The notes under the pieces are model-generated. The model did not search any database and was not told the origin of the DNA. It saw only the letters and a list, made by a program, of their open reading frames with translations. Position numbers and translations under genes: made by a program. Positions 1 to 10,112 of a DNA stretch of 64,000 nucleotides are shown here, in pieces; position 1 is the stretch's first letter; the number at the start of each line of letters is the position of its first letter. Source of the stretch: Candidatus Woesearchaeota archaeon (GTDB lineage Archaea > Nanobdellota > Nanobdellia > Pacearchaeales > UBA284); NCBI GenBank assembly GCA_964599615.1, contig CAZRGF010000004.1, forward strand, positions 3,810 through 67,809. The letters are read 5' to 3'.

Positions 1-1113
1 AAATTAGCAAAAAAATCAGGTTGCATAATCGTGACCGGAGGGCCACATATCTCTTCACTTGGTGCAAAAGAAGTTGAAAAAGAATGCAAAGAAATAGACT
101 ACCTCTTTGTAAAAGAATCTGAAGAGACTTTTAGGGATTTCTTAAAAGGAAAAATAAAAAAGAAAGTGATAGATGCTGGCAAGTTTATTGAAGACATTGA
201 CAAACTGCCTTTTCCTGATAGAAGTGCTTATTTATCTGGAAAATGGGCTTATGATTCAAATTATGTCAAATTGCCGATACACATCCTTATTTCTTCTAGG
301 GGATGTCCATACTGCTGCAATTTTTGTTTTAAAGACACCTTTGGAGTAAGATATAGGCAAAGAAGCATTCAAAATGTTCTTGATGAATGTAAAGAGATTA
401 TGAAATTAGGAGGAAAAGAGCTTTATTTTATAGATGATTTATTTGCATTTGATAAAAAATGGGTGATAGAATTATGTAAAGAAAAGATAAGGCAAGGGAT
501 TAATCTTCCTTTCAAGTGCCTTGGAAGAGTTGACAGACTAGATGAAGAGACCTTGAGATGGTTAAAAAAAGCAGGATGTCATACAATTGCAGTTGGAATA
601 GAAAGTGGCGATCAAGAGATGGTGAATTGGATAAGAAAAGGCATTAACTTGAAGGACGTTAAGCCAAAAGTTGATTTGATGCACAAATGTGGCATAAATG
701 TTGAATCTTATTTCATAATCGGGCACAGGATTGATACAAAAGAGACAATTGAAAAGACAATAAGATTTGCAAGATATATTAACACTGATTTTCCAAGATT
801 TTTCATTTTCTCCCCCTATCCGGGAAGCGAGGTTTGGAAAAACCTTCCAGAAAATCTTAAAGAAAAATACTGGTTAAGGGGCATAGAATCAGATTTGAGG
901 AGTACTGAACCTGTTTCAATCTGCGAACTCAAACCAGAAGAACTAGTCGAATATTGGCATACTGCACATGATGTTGCTTATTCTAATCCAAAATATTTCT
1001 TTAATATAACACGTTCTTTTTTTGACAATCCATTTAACAGGATTTGGGTCAAAAAAACAATAAACTTCGTCGGTGGCGGGATTCTTAAGATGCATAGAAG
1101 GATTTACAAATAG
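1..1113 (+). CDS. B12-binding-domain radical SAM protein (5' partial; frame open to window edge, GTG at 31 probably internal)
   Basis: CxxxCxxC radical-SAM motif (GCPYCCNFC); reading frame has no stop back to position 1; sits in glycosylation cluster. Confidence 0.6.
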   Translation, partial: KLAKKSGCIIVTGGPHISSLGAKEVEKECKEIDYLFVKESEETFRDFLKGKIKKKVIDAGKFIEDIDKLPFPDRSAYLSGKWAYDSNYVKLPIHILISSRGCPYCCNFCFKDTFGVRYRQRSIQNVLDECKEIMKLGGKELYFIDDLFAFDKKWVIELCKEKIRQGINLPFKCLGRVDRLDEETLRWLKKAGCHTIAVGIESGDQEMVNWIRKGINLKDVKPKVDLMHKCGINVESYFIIGHRIDTKETIEKTIRFARYINTDFPRFFIFSPYPGSEVWKNLPENLKEKYWLRGIESDLRSTEPVSICELKPEELVEYWHTAHDVAYSNPKYFFNITRSFFDNPFNRIWVKKTINFVGGGILKMHRRIYK

Positions 1114-1180
1114 ATTTGATTAGCAAGAAACTACCTCCAAGCATACTGATATCTATGGCTTTAGTTCAAAGAAGGCCATT

Positions 1181-1981
1181 TTAATAAGCTAAAAAGTTTT
1201 CGGGGTCAATTTCTTTGAATTCATATTTAAATGGTTTCAAGACTTTTTTCACTTTTTCAAGTTTTTCTTTATTCCATGCTTCAAATATTATTTTTGGGTG
1301 ACTTTTTTTTAATATCTTCTTTGCACCCATTAGAACAGTTGCTTCAGCTCCTTCCACATCAACCTTTATCAAGTTAACTTTTTCTATTTTTTGTCTTTTC
1401 ACTATATTGTCTAATTTCTCGGTTTTTACCCGGATACTTCTTACACCCATTTTTGGAAAATTATCCCCTTTGATTATCGAATGGCCCCCGGTATCAGCTT
1501 CATCAAGATAAAGGTCTAGATACCCCTTTGAATCAGAACAAGCAGCATTTACTACAACCACATTATCTAATTTATTTAATTCAATATTTTTAGTCAAAAT
1601 TTTAAAATTTTTAGGATGGGGTTCTATTGAAATAACTTTGATTTTTTCTCTTGATCTTCTTCCCAAAATGATTGAAAACTTCCCAATATTAGCTCCAATA
1701 TCAATAAAAACACCTTCCCCTAAATCAAAATAAGGCCTTGATTCTAGTTCATAAAATGAACTTCCTGCCCATACTGTAAGCATATTATTCCCGCAAAAGA
1801 ATATACCATCTCTATTTTTTAGAGTGACGTTTCCTGAAAGCTTATGGCTATATGTTTTTCCCAATTTTCTCTTTAAAAAGTATAATGGGGCTTTAGATAG
1901 ATGTGTTAGAATAATCCACCTATCATTTAACCTTCTGCCCTCACCAACTAATTTAAAAAATTTATTTAGTTTACTAACCAT
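1181..1981 (-). CDS. FkbM-family SAM-dependent methyltransferase
   Basis: VFIDIGANIGKFS glycine-rich SAM-binding motif typical of FkbM-family MTases. Confidence 0.55.
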   Translation of the reverse strand: MVSKLNKFFKLVGEGRRLNDRWIILTHLSKAPLYFLKRKLGKTYSHKLSGNVTLKNRDGIFFCGNNMLTVWAGSSFYELESRPYFDLGEGVFIDIGANIGKFSIILGRRSREKIKVISIEPHPKNFKILTKNIELNKLDNVVVVNAACSDSKGYLDLYLDEADTGGHSIIKGDNFPKMGVRSIRVKTEKLDNIVKRQKIEKVNLIKVDVEGAEATVLMGAKKILKKSHPKIIFEAWNKEKLEKVKKVLKPFKYEFKEIDPENFLAY

Positions 1982-2166
1982 TTTTTAGATTATCCTAAAC
2001 TTTTATTATCCCCTCTGCGTTCTTATTTCAAACAAATTTCTCAACCTTTTTAAAGTTTACTGGGATTAATCTCTTTCTTAAACGCAGGTTATTTTTAGTT
2101 AAAAAACAATTCTTTTAAGGTTATGTAATTTATTTAAAGAATTTTCTTTCCAGATTAAAAAATGTT

Positions 2167-3129
2167 CTATCGCTTCTTGAATAATCCCACAATTCCGCCA
2201 AATGCATGGGCATAGAACAATAAGACCATTATCATCCCACCGTAAAATAAAAAATTGAATTTTTTAGTTCTCTTGTAAATCTGCCAGCCTTCTTTGAGGA
2301 ATATCACTAAAAGAGAAAGGAATAAACCTATTAAAAACCATGGAGACATGATTAAGAATAGTATCATCAGAAATTGGAAGATTATGACTAAAAATTCTAG
2401 AATATAAATCTTCCTTTTGAAAACAATGCCTATTTGCCCATCAGAAACTGAATCTGAATAAGCTAGTCTCAGATAAGATTTTAGATTATCTCTGGCACGC
2501 CAAAAGACAGTAGCATCTTTTGCATAGTAATACCTAAAACCCCTTTTTTTAGCCCGCATATGCATGATAGTATCATCTGCTCTGTCAATCTGTTCTGGAA
2601 ATTTTCCAAGTTCTTTCCATTTAGATAATCTGAATGCGAGTTGCCTGTTTGAAGGCAGAAAGTTTTCCCAGTCTTTGGCTGAAAATTTGTCAAAATCAGG
2701 GAATCTTGAAGCAATTATCTCTTCTATTTTCTTATTTGGGGTCTCTGCATAATATCTTCCTATGACAATGTCTGCTCCTGATTTGAAGCCTACAAGCATT
2801 TTTTTTATCCAATCTTTTTCAAATCTTGTCCCCAAATCTCCTGAAAACAAGAAGTCCCCTTTTGCTTCTTCAATATATTTATTCCTGCCTTTGGCGATAT
2901 TTGCCCCAGGCAATATGAATAATTTTATCTTTATTTTTGATTTTTTTTGATAGTCTTGGATTATTTTTACAGTATTGTCTCTTGAACCACCATCAACTAT
3001 TATTATCTCATCTGGTTTTACACTCTGGTTTAGTATGGAGTCTAAAAAACTAGCTATGCTTTTTTCTTCATTGAACAAAGTGCATGCAAAAGTTATTTTT
3101 TCTTTCATCTTATAGATGGCAAGAGCCAT
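2167..3129 (-). CDS. family 2 glycosyltransferase with C-terminal transmembrane segments
   Basis: IIIVDGGSRDNT motif (GT2 DxD region); hydrophobic C-terminus. Confidence 0.7.
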   Translation of the reverse strand: MALAIYKMKEKITFACTLFNEEKSIASFLDSILNQSVKPDEIIIVDGGSRDNTVKIIQDYQKKSKIKIKLFILPGANIAKGRNKYIEEAKGDFLFSGDLGTRFEKDWIKKMLVGFKSGADIVIGRYYAETPNKKIEEIIASRFPDFDKFSAKDWENFLPSNRQLAFRLSKWKELGKFPEQIDRADDTIMHMRAKKRGFRYYYAKDATVFWRARDNLKSYLRLAYSDSVSDGQIGIVFKRKIYILEFLVIIFQFLMILFLIMSPWFLIGLFLSLLVIFLKEGWQIYKRTKKFNFLFYGGMIMVLLFYAHAFGGIVGLFKKR

Positions 3130-3145
3130 CCTCCAACTTTAAGTA

Positions 3146-3269
3146 TCGACTTTGCCAGCTATAAGTGTAAAGTATTTTGATTTGATTGATTGTTTTCAGA
3201 GAGTTCTTAAGAAAATTAGGTAAAGAATGACAGTCTATTAATACGTCTCTCGCATTTGGCAAAGTTAAG
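3146..3269. mobile_element. MITE-like element family A, copy 1 (nested inside a family-B element)
   Basis: 5' gactttgccagctataagtgtaaa ... 3' tttggcaaagttaagt terminal inverted repeats. Confidence 0.55.
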
Positions 3270-3354
3270 TTAAATATGGAGCATAATCCTAAATACCTAG
3301 CAACTGCGCCTTCACTTTTCATTGACTTGTTTTTTACATCATAGACCACGGATT

Positions 3355-4476
3355 TCATTTGATAGCTTCCCTGTATATCCTTTTTAATTTTTCATGTCTT
3401 TCTTTTAAAGAGAATTTTCCCTCACTAGTCACCTTTATTCCATAATTGCTCATTTTTTTTCTTAAAGAATTGTTCTCAATCAATAGAGAAGTCTTTTTTA
3501 TCATCTCCTTTATCATCAACGGTTCCTGAGAGATATGTGGGATTGCCTCATCCCAGATTATCCTTGGTTTCTTTATCACAAATCCGTCTTTTTCATTTTC
3601 AACAATGTCTTTTCTGGCAAAACCATCTACTGTGACTATGGGCAAGCCAAAAGCCAATGCTTCGACTAAAACAAAACCAAAAGTATCTGAGAATCCAGGA
3701 TAGACAAAAATATCGCTTTTTGGATAGATTTCTTTCATTATCTTTTCTAAAGGCATTAGACTATGAAATTCTATTTTTTTGTTTTTTTCATATTTTTTTA
3801 AGAGATTTCCAGGAGTTTGAGAGAGAAAAATCGCCTTGACATTATCATACTTCTTTGTTAATGCATCTATCACAATAAGGGCTTGCTTTCCTCCTTTTTG
3901 ATGGAAGTATCTGCCAGAAAAAAACAAGTTTATTCCCTCGTGTTTTATTCTCTTTATTTTTGGGCTAGGGATTGCATAGGTTACAATCTCCGTCTTTTTC
4001 TCAATTTCTCTGTCTTTTAAGTTATTAAAAATTGTTTCTTTAGCAGAATTTGTCCAAGGCATTATCTTTTTGCAATAATCTCCTTTTAACAACTTTTTTA
4101 TCCTTTTTTTGCCAATAGCAGAGTAAGAGATAGGTCCGCTTGAGGCGAAATTCCAATAATGTTCTGTATCAACCACCCAAGGTTTTTTATTCAAGCTCAG
4201 ACAATGTGCGCAGTGTATTAGGTCACAATCTTTATTTTTTGTGTAGGTGATATTTGGGACTTTTGCAACTGCCAATATCTTCCTTAAACTTGTTTTTAAT
4301 GCAAGCATTCTTTTAAATGTTTTAGGAGAATTTATCCCCACAAATTTTTGTTTATTTGCGTTTATATAACTGATATTTTTTGGGGGATAGTTTAGCATAG
4401 AGTTGTAATAACTGCTGTCTGGAAATTTCCAGGGATATTGCAGATAAACTTTGATTTGTTTTTTATTTTCAACCAT
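3355..4476 (-). CDS. GT1/GT4-family glycosyltransferase
   Basis: C-terminal EALAFGLPIV...D motif typical of GT-B glycosyltransferases. Confidence 0.65.
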   Translation of the reverse strand: MVENKKQIKVYLQYPWKFPDSSYYNSMLNYPPKNISYINANKQKFVGINSPKTFKRMLALKTSLRKILAVAKVPNITYTKNKDCDLIHCAHCLSLNKKPWVVDTEHYWNFASSGPISYSAIGKKRIKKLLKGDYCKKIMPWTNSAKETIFNNLKDREIEKKTEIVTYAIPSPKIKRIKHEGINLFFSGRYFHQKGGKQALIVIDALTKKYDNVKAIFLSQTPGNLLKKYEKNKKIEFHSLMPLEKIMKEIYPKSDIFVYPGFSDTFGFVLVEALAFGLPIVTVDGFARKDIVENEKDGFVIKKPRIIWDEAIPHISQEPLMIKEMIKKTSLLIENNSLRKKMSNYGIKVTSEGKFSLKERHEKLKRIYREAIK

Positions 4477-5026
4477 TTTTTATCACCCTTATTTTGTATT
4501 CTATTTCACAAGCAGGAAAAATCCACGCATAAAATCTGCAATAAAAAGCCTGGCTTAGATTCAACAGAGGGTCAAAAAGCCAATTTAAGAATTTTAATCT
4601 TCCAACGGCAAAATGTATCCTTACTTTTTGCACTTTTAGATTAAGTTCATCATTTTTTTTAACTTCATGTGAATAATTGTTTTTGCCTTGAAAATAATTA
4701 AATGTAAAAGGTGTAAAAAATCTTACATGCGTAGGGTCATTGAATTGCCCCCAAGAAGAATAAAAAGGGACTTTAATCCACAAGATTCCATTATTCTTTG
4801 TTATCCGATGCATTTCCTCTAGTAAAGGAACTAAATTGATGATATGTTCCAAGGCATGAAATGCAATTATCATATCAAATTCTTCAGATTTAAATGGTAA
4901 TGGGGTTTTTTCCAGATTATGTACCATGTCTACACCAGGCAGTTTTGAAGAATCTAATCCTATAACCAGATTATCTTTTCCCGCATTATATTTGCTATTT
5001 CCACAACCAATATCTAAAATCTTCAT
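4469..5026 (-). CDS. class I SAM-dependent methyltransferase
   Basis: ILDIGCGNSKY motif I. Confidence 0.6.
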   Translation of the reverse strand: MKILDIGCGNSKYNAGKDNLVIGLDSSKLPGVDMVHNLEKTPLPFKSEEFDMIIAFHALEHIINLVPLLEEMHRITKNNGILWIKVPFYSSWGQFNDPTHVRFFTPFTFNYFQGKNNYSHEVKKNDELNLKVQKVRIHFAVGRLKFLNWLFDPLLNLSQAFYCRFYAWIFPACEIEYKIRVIKNG

Positions 5027-6147
5027 CTTAATATCTCCAAAATCCTTTTTGAGACCCCTTCTTTGCCATAAGGATTTTCAAAATTTTTGATTTCAATTTC
5101 ATTGTTCTCTATTTTTCTTATTATCTCTCTGGAGTATTTAACATTTAGTTTAGTTAAAAAATTTATCCCACTAGCTAATCCTTCTTGTCTTTCTGTTTTT
5201 TTCCTCAATAACAAGCAGGGTTTTTTGAATATCAGGCTTTCTTCTTGTATCGAGCCCCCATCAACAATAAGATACTTGCAGTTAGCTAGTAAGAAGATGA
5301 ATTTTTCATAGCTTTCCAAAGGAGTTAATGTCAGATTTTCCTGTTTTTTCAATTCTTCCATTAATCCATATTTTTCTAAAATCCGCCTAGTATTTTCATG
5401 CAACGGCCAGATTGCTTTGATATTGATGCTTTTTATTATCTCTACACATCTTTTCATCCTTTCTGGAGATTTCAGATTTTCGTGCCTATGCAGATTGATT
5501 AGGGCAAATTCTTCTTTCAGTTTTTTTAATTTTCCTTTTGATTCTTTTTTTGATTTTTCATAATTTATCATCGCAGAATCTAAGATTGTGTTTCCGACAT
5601 TGAAAATCTTTCCCCAGACAAAAAACCATCGCTCTTTTCTTAGGTTTCTTGCACTAAGCCCAGAAACAGCGAGCAATATATCTGAGAGCCTATCGGCAAC
5701 TTGTCTTACGATTTCTTCTGGAAAAGGTTCTGATAAAGAACCTGACCTTAAGCCAGATTCTAAATGGACGTTTTTCCATTTTTTAAAAGGATTTAATATC
5801 CAAGAAGAGCCAACAGCAGCAGAACCAGTGCTTATAGTATCCCCATGATAGACAACATATTTTGGCTTGATTCTCCTGATTGTTTTTCTTACCTTGAATA
5901 TCATTGATAAGTACCATTTCCAAGAACTCATTCCCTTATCTGAGCCTAATTTTGTTCCCTTCTCTGGTTCTTCACTTAAGACATAATCCGGTTTTTTGAT
6001 CTGAAAATTTTCACATGCTCTTCCAAGAGAATGCTGCCCAGTATGGATGAACCAGTAATCTTCTTTTCTTTCTTTTAATTCAAGCATCAAAGAAACACAT
6101 TTGATTAATTCAGCTTGAGTCCCAATAACAAAAGCGATTTTATTCAT
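5023..6147 (-). CDS. wecB: UDP-N-acetylglucosamine 2-epimerase (non-hydrolysing)
   Basis: N-terminal IAFVIGTQAELIK...HTGQH signature of UDP-GlcNAc 2-epimerases. Confidence 0.7.
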   Translation of the reverse strand: MNKIAFVIGTQAELIKCVSLMLELKERKEDYWFIHTGQHSLGRACENFQIKKPDYVLSEEPEKGTKLGSDKGMSSWKWYLSMIFKVRKTIRRIKPKYVVYHGDTISTGSAAVGSSWILNPFKKWKNVHLESGLRSGSLSEPFPEEIVRQVADRLSDILLAVSGLSARNLRKERWFFVWGKIFNVGNTILDSAMINYEKSKKESKGKLKKLKEEFALINLHRHENLKSPERMKRCVEIIKSINIKAIWPLHENTRRILEKYGLMEELKKQENLTLTPLESYEKFIFLLANCKYLIVDGGSIQEESLIFKKPCLLLRKKTERQEGLASGINFLTKLNVKYSREIIRKIENNEIEIKNFENPYGKEGVSKRILEILR

Positions 6148-6316
6148 AAAAATATCAATCTTTAATGATTTTTAAATTTATAGACTTGACTTTGCTAAGT
6201 CCCTGGCTATATGTGTAATAGTCTCCTTTTTGTTTATTTAAATCTCCCGAAACTCCAAAAACAGAACAACCAACAACAATAAAACATTATTAACACCTAT
6301 AGTTAACAAAGCCAGT

Positions 6317-7333
6317 TTATAGAATATTAAAGAACAAGTTGATTAAAGTGAATAAAATCAATATTAATTCAAACACCAATAACAAATAAACCACATCTTT
6401 TTCATAAGCTTTTCCCTTCATCTTCTTTAAAATCCTTAAGGCAATGTGTGTCAGGCTGTAGTTCTTCTTATATCTTAATTCTAAACTATTGTCCCTATTG
6501 GGGATGGCAAAATTTTCAGCCTTGAATTTTGATCTTAATTTTAAGAATCCTTCGAGTATAAATGGGATAAACAAGAAAAATGCGACCTTCTCCATATTTC
6601 CTAAGATAGCAAAACAACCAACCAGGGCCCCAAGACTGTATGTTAAAGAATCTCCTGGAAATACTTTTGCAGGGAATTTATTGAATATCCAAAATCCAAT
6701 TAATGCGCATATAATAATTCCTGCTATCAAAGCAAGCCACAATTGTCCGGTAGTCAAGGATACAATCCCTAAAGCTAAGAATATCAAGATTCCAAGCCCA
6801 GATTCAAGGCCATTAAATCCTGCTAGTAGATTGTAGCCATTTGTTGTTCCAACCAGAGCAAGCGGGACAATAACCAAAGGGTAGATTATGCCAAAATTGA
6901 CTGGCCCTATAAATGGCAGGCTCATTATTGAATGCCCTGCATTGATGACTATCAGGGGGATAGCTACGGGAATTGTAATCAATATTTTTTTCCAACCTGC
7001 AATACCCTTTTTCCAGCCAAGAATGTCGTCTATAAATCCTATAAAACAAGCAAAGATAAATGTAATCAATAAAGTCAGTATTTCAATGATCTGTGTATTT
7101 GAATTCAGGATAAAAGTCTTGAAAAAGAGATAAATCATCAAAGAAGCAACAATTGCAACAACCACCGCAATTCCACCTGCTTCTGCGACCATCTTTTTTT
7201 CATACTTGTTCATATCTTTGCCTACAAGTTGATTTGCACGAGCTAGTTTTATCCATTTTTTACAAAGAACAAAAGACACAAAAAAGCCTACTAAAAAAGT
7301 TACAATTATTGTTAGAATCTCCAACCATATCAT
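6317..7333 (-). CDS. UDP-GlcNAc:dolichyl-phosphate GlcNAc-1-phosphate transferase (MraY/WecA/AglH family)
   Basis: polytopic membrane protein with FIGFIDDILG motif characteristic of MraY/WecA-type transferases. Confidence 0.7.
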   Translation of the reverse strand: MIWLEILTIIVTFLVGFFVSFVLCKKWIKLARANQLVGKDMNKYEKKMVAEAGGIAVVVAIVASLMIYLFFKTFILNSNTQIIEILTLLITFIFACFIGFIDDILGWKKGIAGWKKILITIPVAIPLIVINAGHSIMSLPFIGPVNFGIIYPLVIVPLALVGTTNGYNLLAGFNGLESGLGILIFLALGIVSLTTGQLWLALIAGIIICALIGFWIFNKFPAKVFPGDSLTYSLGALVGCFAILGNMEKVAFFLFIPFILEGFLKLRSKFKAENFAIPNRDNSLELRYKKNYSLTHIALRILKKMKGKAYEKDVVYLLLVFELILILFTLINLFFNIL

Positions 7334-7334
7334 T

Positions 7335-10106
7335 TTATGTTCCTAAATAATCTAATTCACCCCATAATCCTTCTGGGTTAACTGTTTTTCGGTATTCTGG
7401 ATAATCAGTGATATTCTCTGGATAATTTACTTTCCAGATTTTTATAGGCCCTTGAAAGTCTCCAGCGATGACAAAGTCACCCACAGTTATATTGTAAACA
7501 TCTTTTAATTGTTTCACAAATAAAGAAGGTTCAGTATGGACTAATTCAAAATTTTCAGTCTCATTTAATAGATAAAGTTTGACAAATTCTGCATTAAGAG
7601 CTTTTTCGCTCAAGTATAATACAGCACCCATCTTGTTCACACCATAGTTATTCAGTGTTGGTATAAAATATAACATTGTAGACAGAGCATCTTCAGATGT
7701 TGTTAAAGTACGTCTCTTGTTGTCCAACCAAAGATATTTTACAGGGATTCTATATTGCTGGTTTTTATAGATGACAATAGCATCCAAACCATTTATCACC
7801 TGGGTATCTTTTTCAACAGTCATAATAAAAGCACCTATCCCTGCTTTTTGTGCTGGGAATAATTGTCCTTTCCATAATACATCTTGATCAAGCATTGTTC
7901 CTCCAGTGTAGACATACATTGTTTCATTCTTTGTTTCTTGTGTCTGTGAGTCAGCTAAAACAAAAGTAGAAATCCAGCTTAATCTGTCTTGTCCTGTTTT
8001 ATCTGAGCCGATGCTTGCGAAAGCAGAATATTTTCCAATATCACTTGAATCAATCAAATAATAAGACACATTATATGCTTTGCATAATTGCAGGGCTGTT
8101 TGCTCATGTTGTGCAGTCATTAGGTATCTTGCAGTGGTATGGTCCCAATAACCATTCCAATGCCCACCGTCTGTTACAGTTGGTCTTTCTCCCAAGGTCT
8201 GTAACCAATATCCATAATCCCACCAATGGACAAAGATAGAATCTTTTGGAGTTTCTGTTCTTACCCAGGACATTGCTTTTTGCCATTGGTTATAATAGGC
8301 ACTATTAACAGTATATTGCGCTTGTTGATATGTTGATTTTTCAAAATTCACAAAAGTTATGACCATCAAGACAGCTATTAACAAAACAATACAGAACAAC
8401 AAGACTTTGTATAAATTCTCTTTTGTTTTAAATGCATAATCTATAATCTTCACAGGTAAAAATGAAGAGAATATGATAAGGGCAGGGGAGATTATAAAAA
8501 ACAGTCTTATTGCTCCCCGCATAGAGATAATCATCCAAAATGAAAAAGCGATTATAAATAAATAAGAAAAATCAATTTTCTTGAAATCTTCTAGTGTTTT
8601 TTCATCTTTTTTGACATAAGCATAAACATACATTCCCAAGATGAATAAAACAAAGAGAATCAAGCCACCAAAGTATAATAAATCAGAAATAAAATTTTGC
8701 CCATTTAAGAAACTAGATGGAGATGTTCTTGAGAATATAAACGTAGCTAAGAAGATTATAAATATCACCATCAACCAGATTTTCTTTTTTTTATCAAAAT
8801 GTTTTATTGTCTCAAAGAATACTAACACAAGTCCAGCTAAGAAGAGCCAGAACAGCCAAGAGAAGCTTGCAATAGCTTGTGTAACATAGGGACTACTGTT
8901 TTCAGCAACAGTCAATCCAATTCTTCCTTCACCAAAAGGATGTAAAAGTCTTTCAGTTATCTGTGAAAAAGTTGAAGAAATAAAACCAGGGTTAATCAAC
9001 AATAAGAGGATAATCCCCAAAACAGCAGCTATGATAAGACTTATCAAGCCCTCAGGCAATTTTATCTTTTCTTTTATTTTTTTTAACTTAGTATTAAACA
9101 ATATCAAGTCTACTATTAAAATAAAGAAAATTATACACCCAAAACCAGTATCAGCAATTGAAATTAAGGTAGGAGTCAAACCCATTTTGATAATAGAAAA
9201 GATCAATGCAGGAATGATCCAACAAGCAAAGATGAGAAAATTTTTCTTCTTTTCTTTATTGAAGAAGAATATTAAAAAACTGGCTAATGAAAAAGTCATG
9301 AAAATATATCTGTAACCACCCCAAGTAAATACCATCAATCCAGTAAAAATTCCTGCAATTAAAGCAAAAGGAATCATCTTTTTGATTTTATCCTGTTTCC
9401 AGGCTAGTGCAATAAATAAAAAACCAAGCCAGAACCATAACATACCCAGACTTTCAATTTCAGGAATTCCTGCAACAGTCCTATGCAACATTTCAGGCAT
9501 TACAATATAAAAGGCACTTGCGAGTATAGCAATAATAGCAGATATCTTTTTAGACATCTTAAACGAAAAGATTACAAATATCAAGAAAAAGAAGGCGATT
9601 GTGCTCAAACTGAAGAATATGACTGGAGCGATTATTGCAGCGAATTCTACGCTGGCTATTGGGGGTTTTGTGAATAGGTTCAATATTTTGTAAACCCCGA
9701 CAATTGACCAAGGCATCAGGCTTTTTGTAGCATAATTCGTATTCCCTAAGGGAGCTTGGATCATAGGATCTGGATTTTTCAGAGTTCCGGCAACAATATC
9801 TTTTGCAAGCCTTAGATACAGAAAAGGATCAAGATCTGGTCCTAAAGTGTAATTTCCAGTAGTAGGGTCTATCAGTTTTGGGATATTTGGTGTTCTGAGA
9901 TAAACATTGAAGATGACTAATACTATCAGTAAAACAGCAATTAAAACCCCAAACCAATATTTTTTAAAAAAACCAGAGAAATCAGTATTTTTCTTATTAA
10001 TCTTTGGTTCGATTTTAGGAGTATCAACTACCGGTTTTTCTTCATGTTTCTCTTGTTTTATTTCATCTTCCTTTTTTGCAGAATTATCAATTATCTCTTC
10101 ATCCAT
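7335..10106 (-). CDS. aglB: archaeal oligosaccharyltransferase AglB (STT3 family)
   Basis: ~920 aa, many N-terminal TM helices, WWDYGYW motif (HWWDYGYWLQ). Confidence 0.9.
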   Translation of the reverse strand: MDEEIIDNSAKKEDEIKQEKHEEKPVVDTPKIEPKINKKNTDFSGFFKKYWFGVLIAVLLIVLVIFNVYLRTPNIPKLIDPTTGNYTLGPDLDPFLYLRLAKDIVAGTLKNPDPMIQAPLGNTNYATKSLMPWSIVGVYKILNLFTKPPIASVEFAAIIAPVIFFSLSTIAFFFLIFVIFSFKMSKKISAIIAILASAFYIVMPEMLHRTVAGIPEIESLGMLWFWLGFLFIALAWKQDKIKKMIPFALIAGIFTGLMVFTWGGYRYIFMTFSLASFLIFFFNKEKKKNFLIFACWIIPALIFSIIKMGLTPTLISIADTGFGCIIFFILIVDLILFNTKLKKIKEKIKLPEGLISLIIAAVLGIILLLLINPGFISSTFSQITERLLHPFGEGRIGLTVAENSSPYVTQAIASFSWLFWLFLAGLVLVFFETIKHFDKKKKIWLMVIFIIFLATFIFSRTSPSSFLNGQNFISDLLYFGGLILFVLFILGMYVYAYVKKDEKTLEDFKKIDFSYLFIIAFSFWMIISMRGAIRLFFIISPALIIFSSFLPVKIIDYAFKTKENLYKVLLFCIVLLIAVLMVITFVNFEKSTYQQAQYTVNSAYYNQWQKAMSWVRTETPKDSIFVHWWDYGYWLQTLGERPTVTDGGHWNGYWDHTTARYLMTAQHEQTALQLCKAYNVSYYLIDSSDIGKYSAFASIGSDKTGQDRLSWISTFVLADSQTQETKNETMYVYTGGTMLDQDVLWKGQLFPAQKAGIGAFIMTVEKDTQVINGLDAIVIYKNQQYRIPVKYLWLDNKRRTLTTSEDALSTMLYFIPTLNNYGVNKMGAVLYLSEKALNAEFVKLYLLNETENFELVHTEPSLFVKQLKDVYNITVGDFVIAGDFQGPIKIWKVNYPENITDYPEYRKTVNPEGLWGELDYLGT

Positions 10107-10112
10107 TTTTCA

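Noticed and set aside
2481-2950. Three 62–77-aa ORFs overlapping the GT2 gene
   Set aside because: Shadow ORFs within a confidently called glycosyltransferase.
3110-3358. 82-aa minus-strand ORF
   Set aside because: Lies entirely within the nested family-A/family-B repeat composite; a repeat-derived open frame, not a gene.
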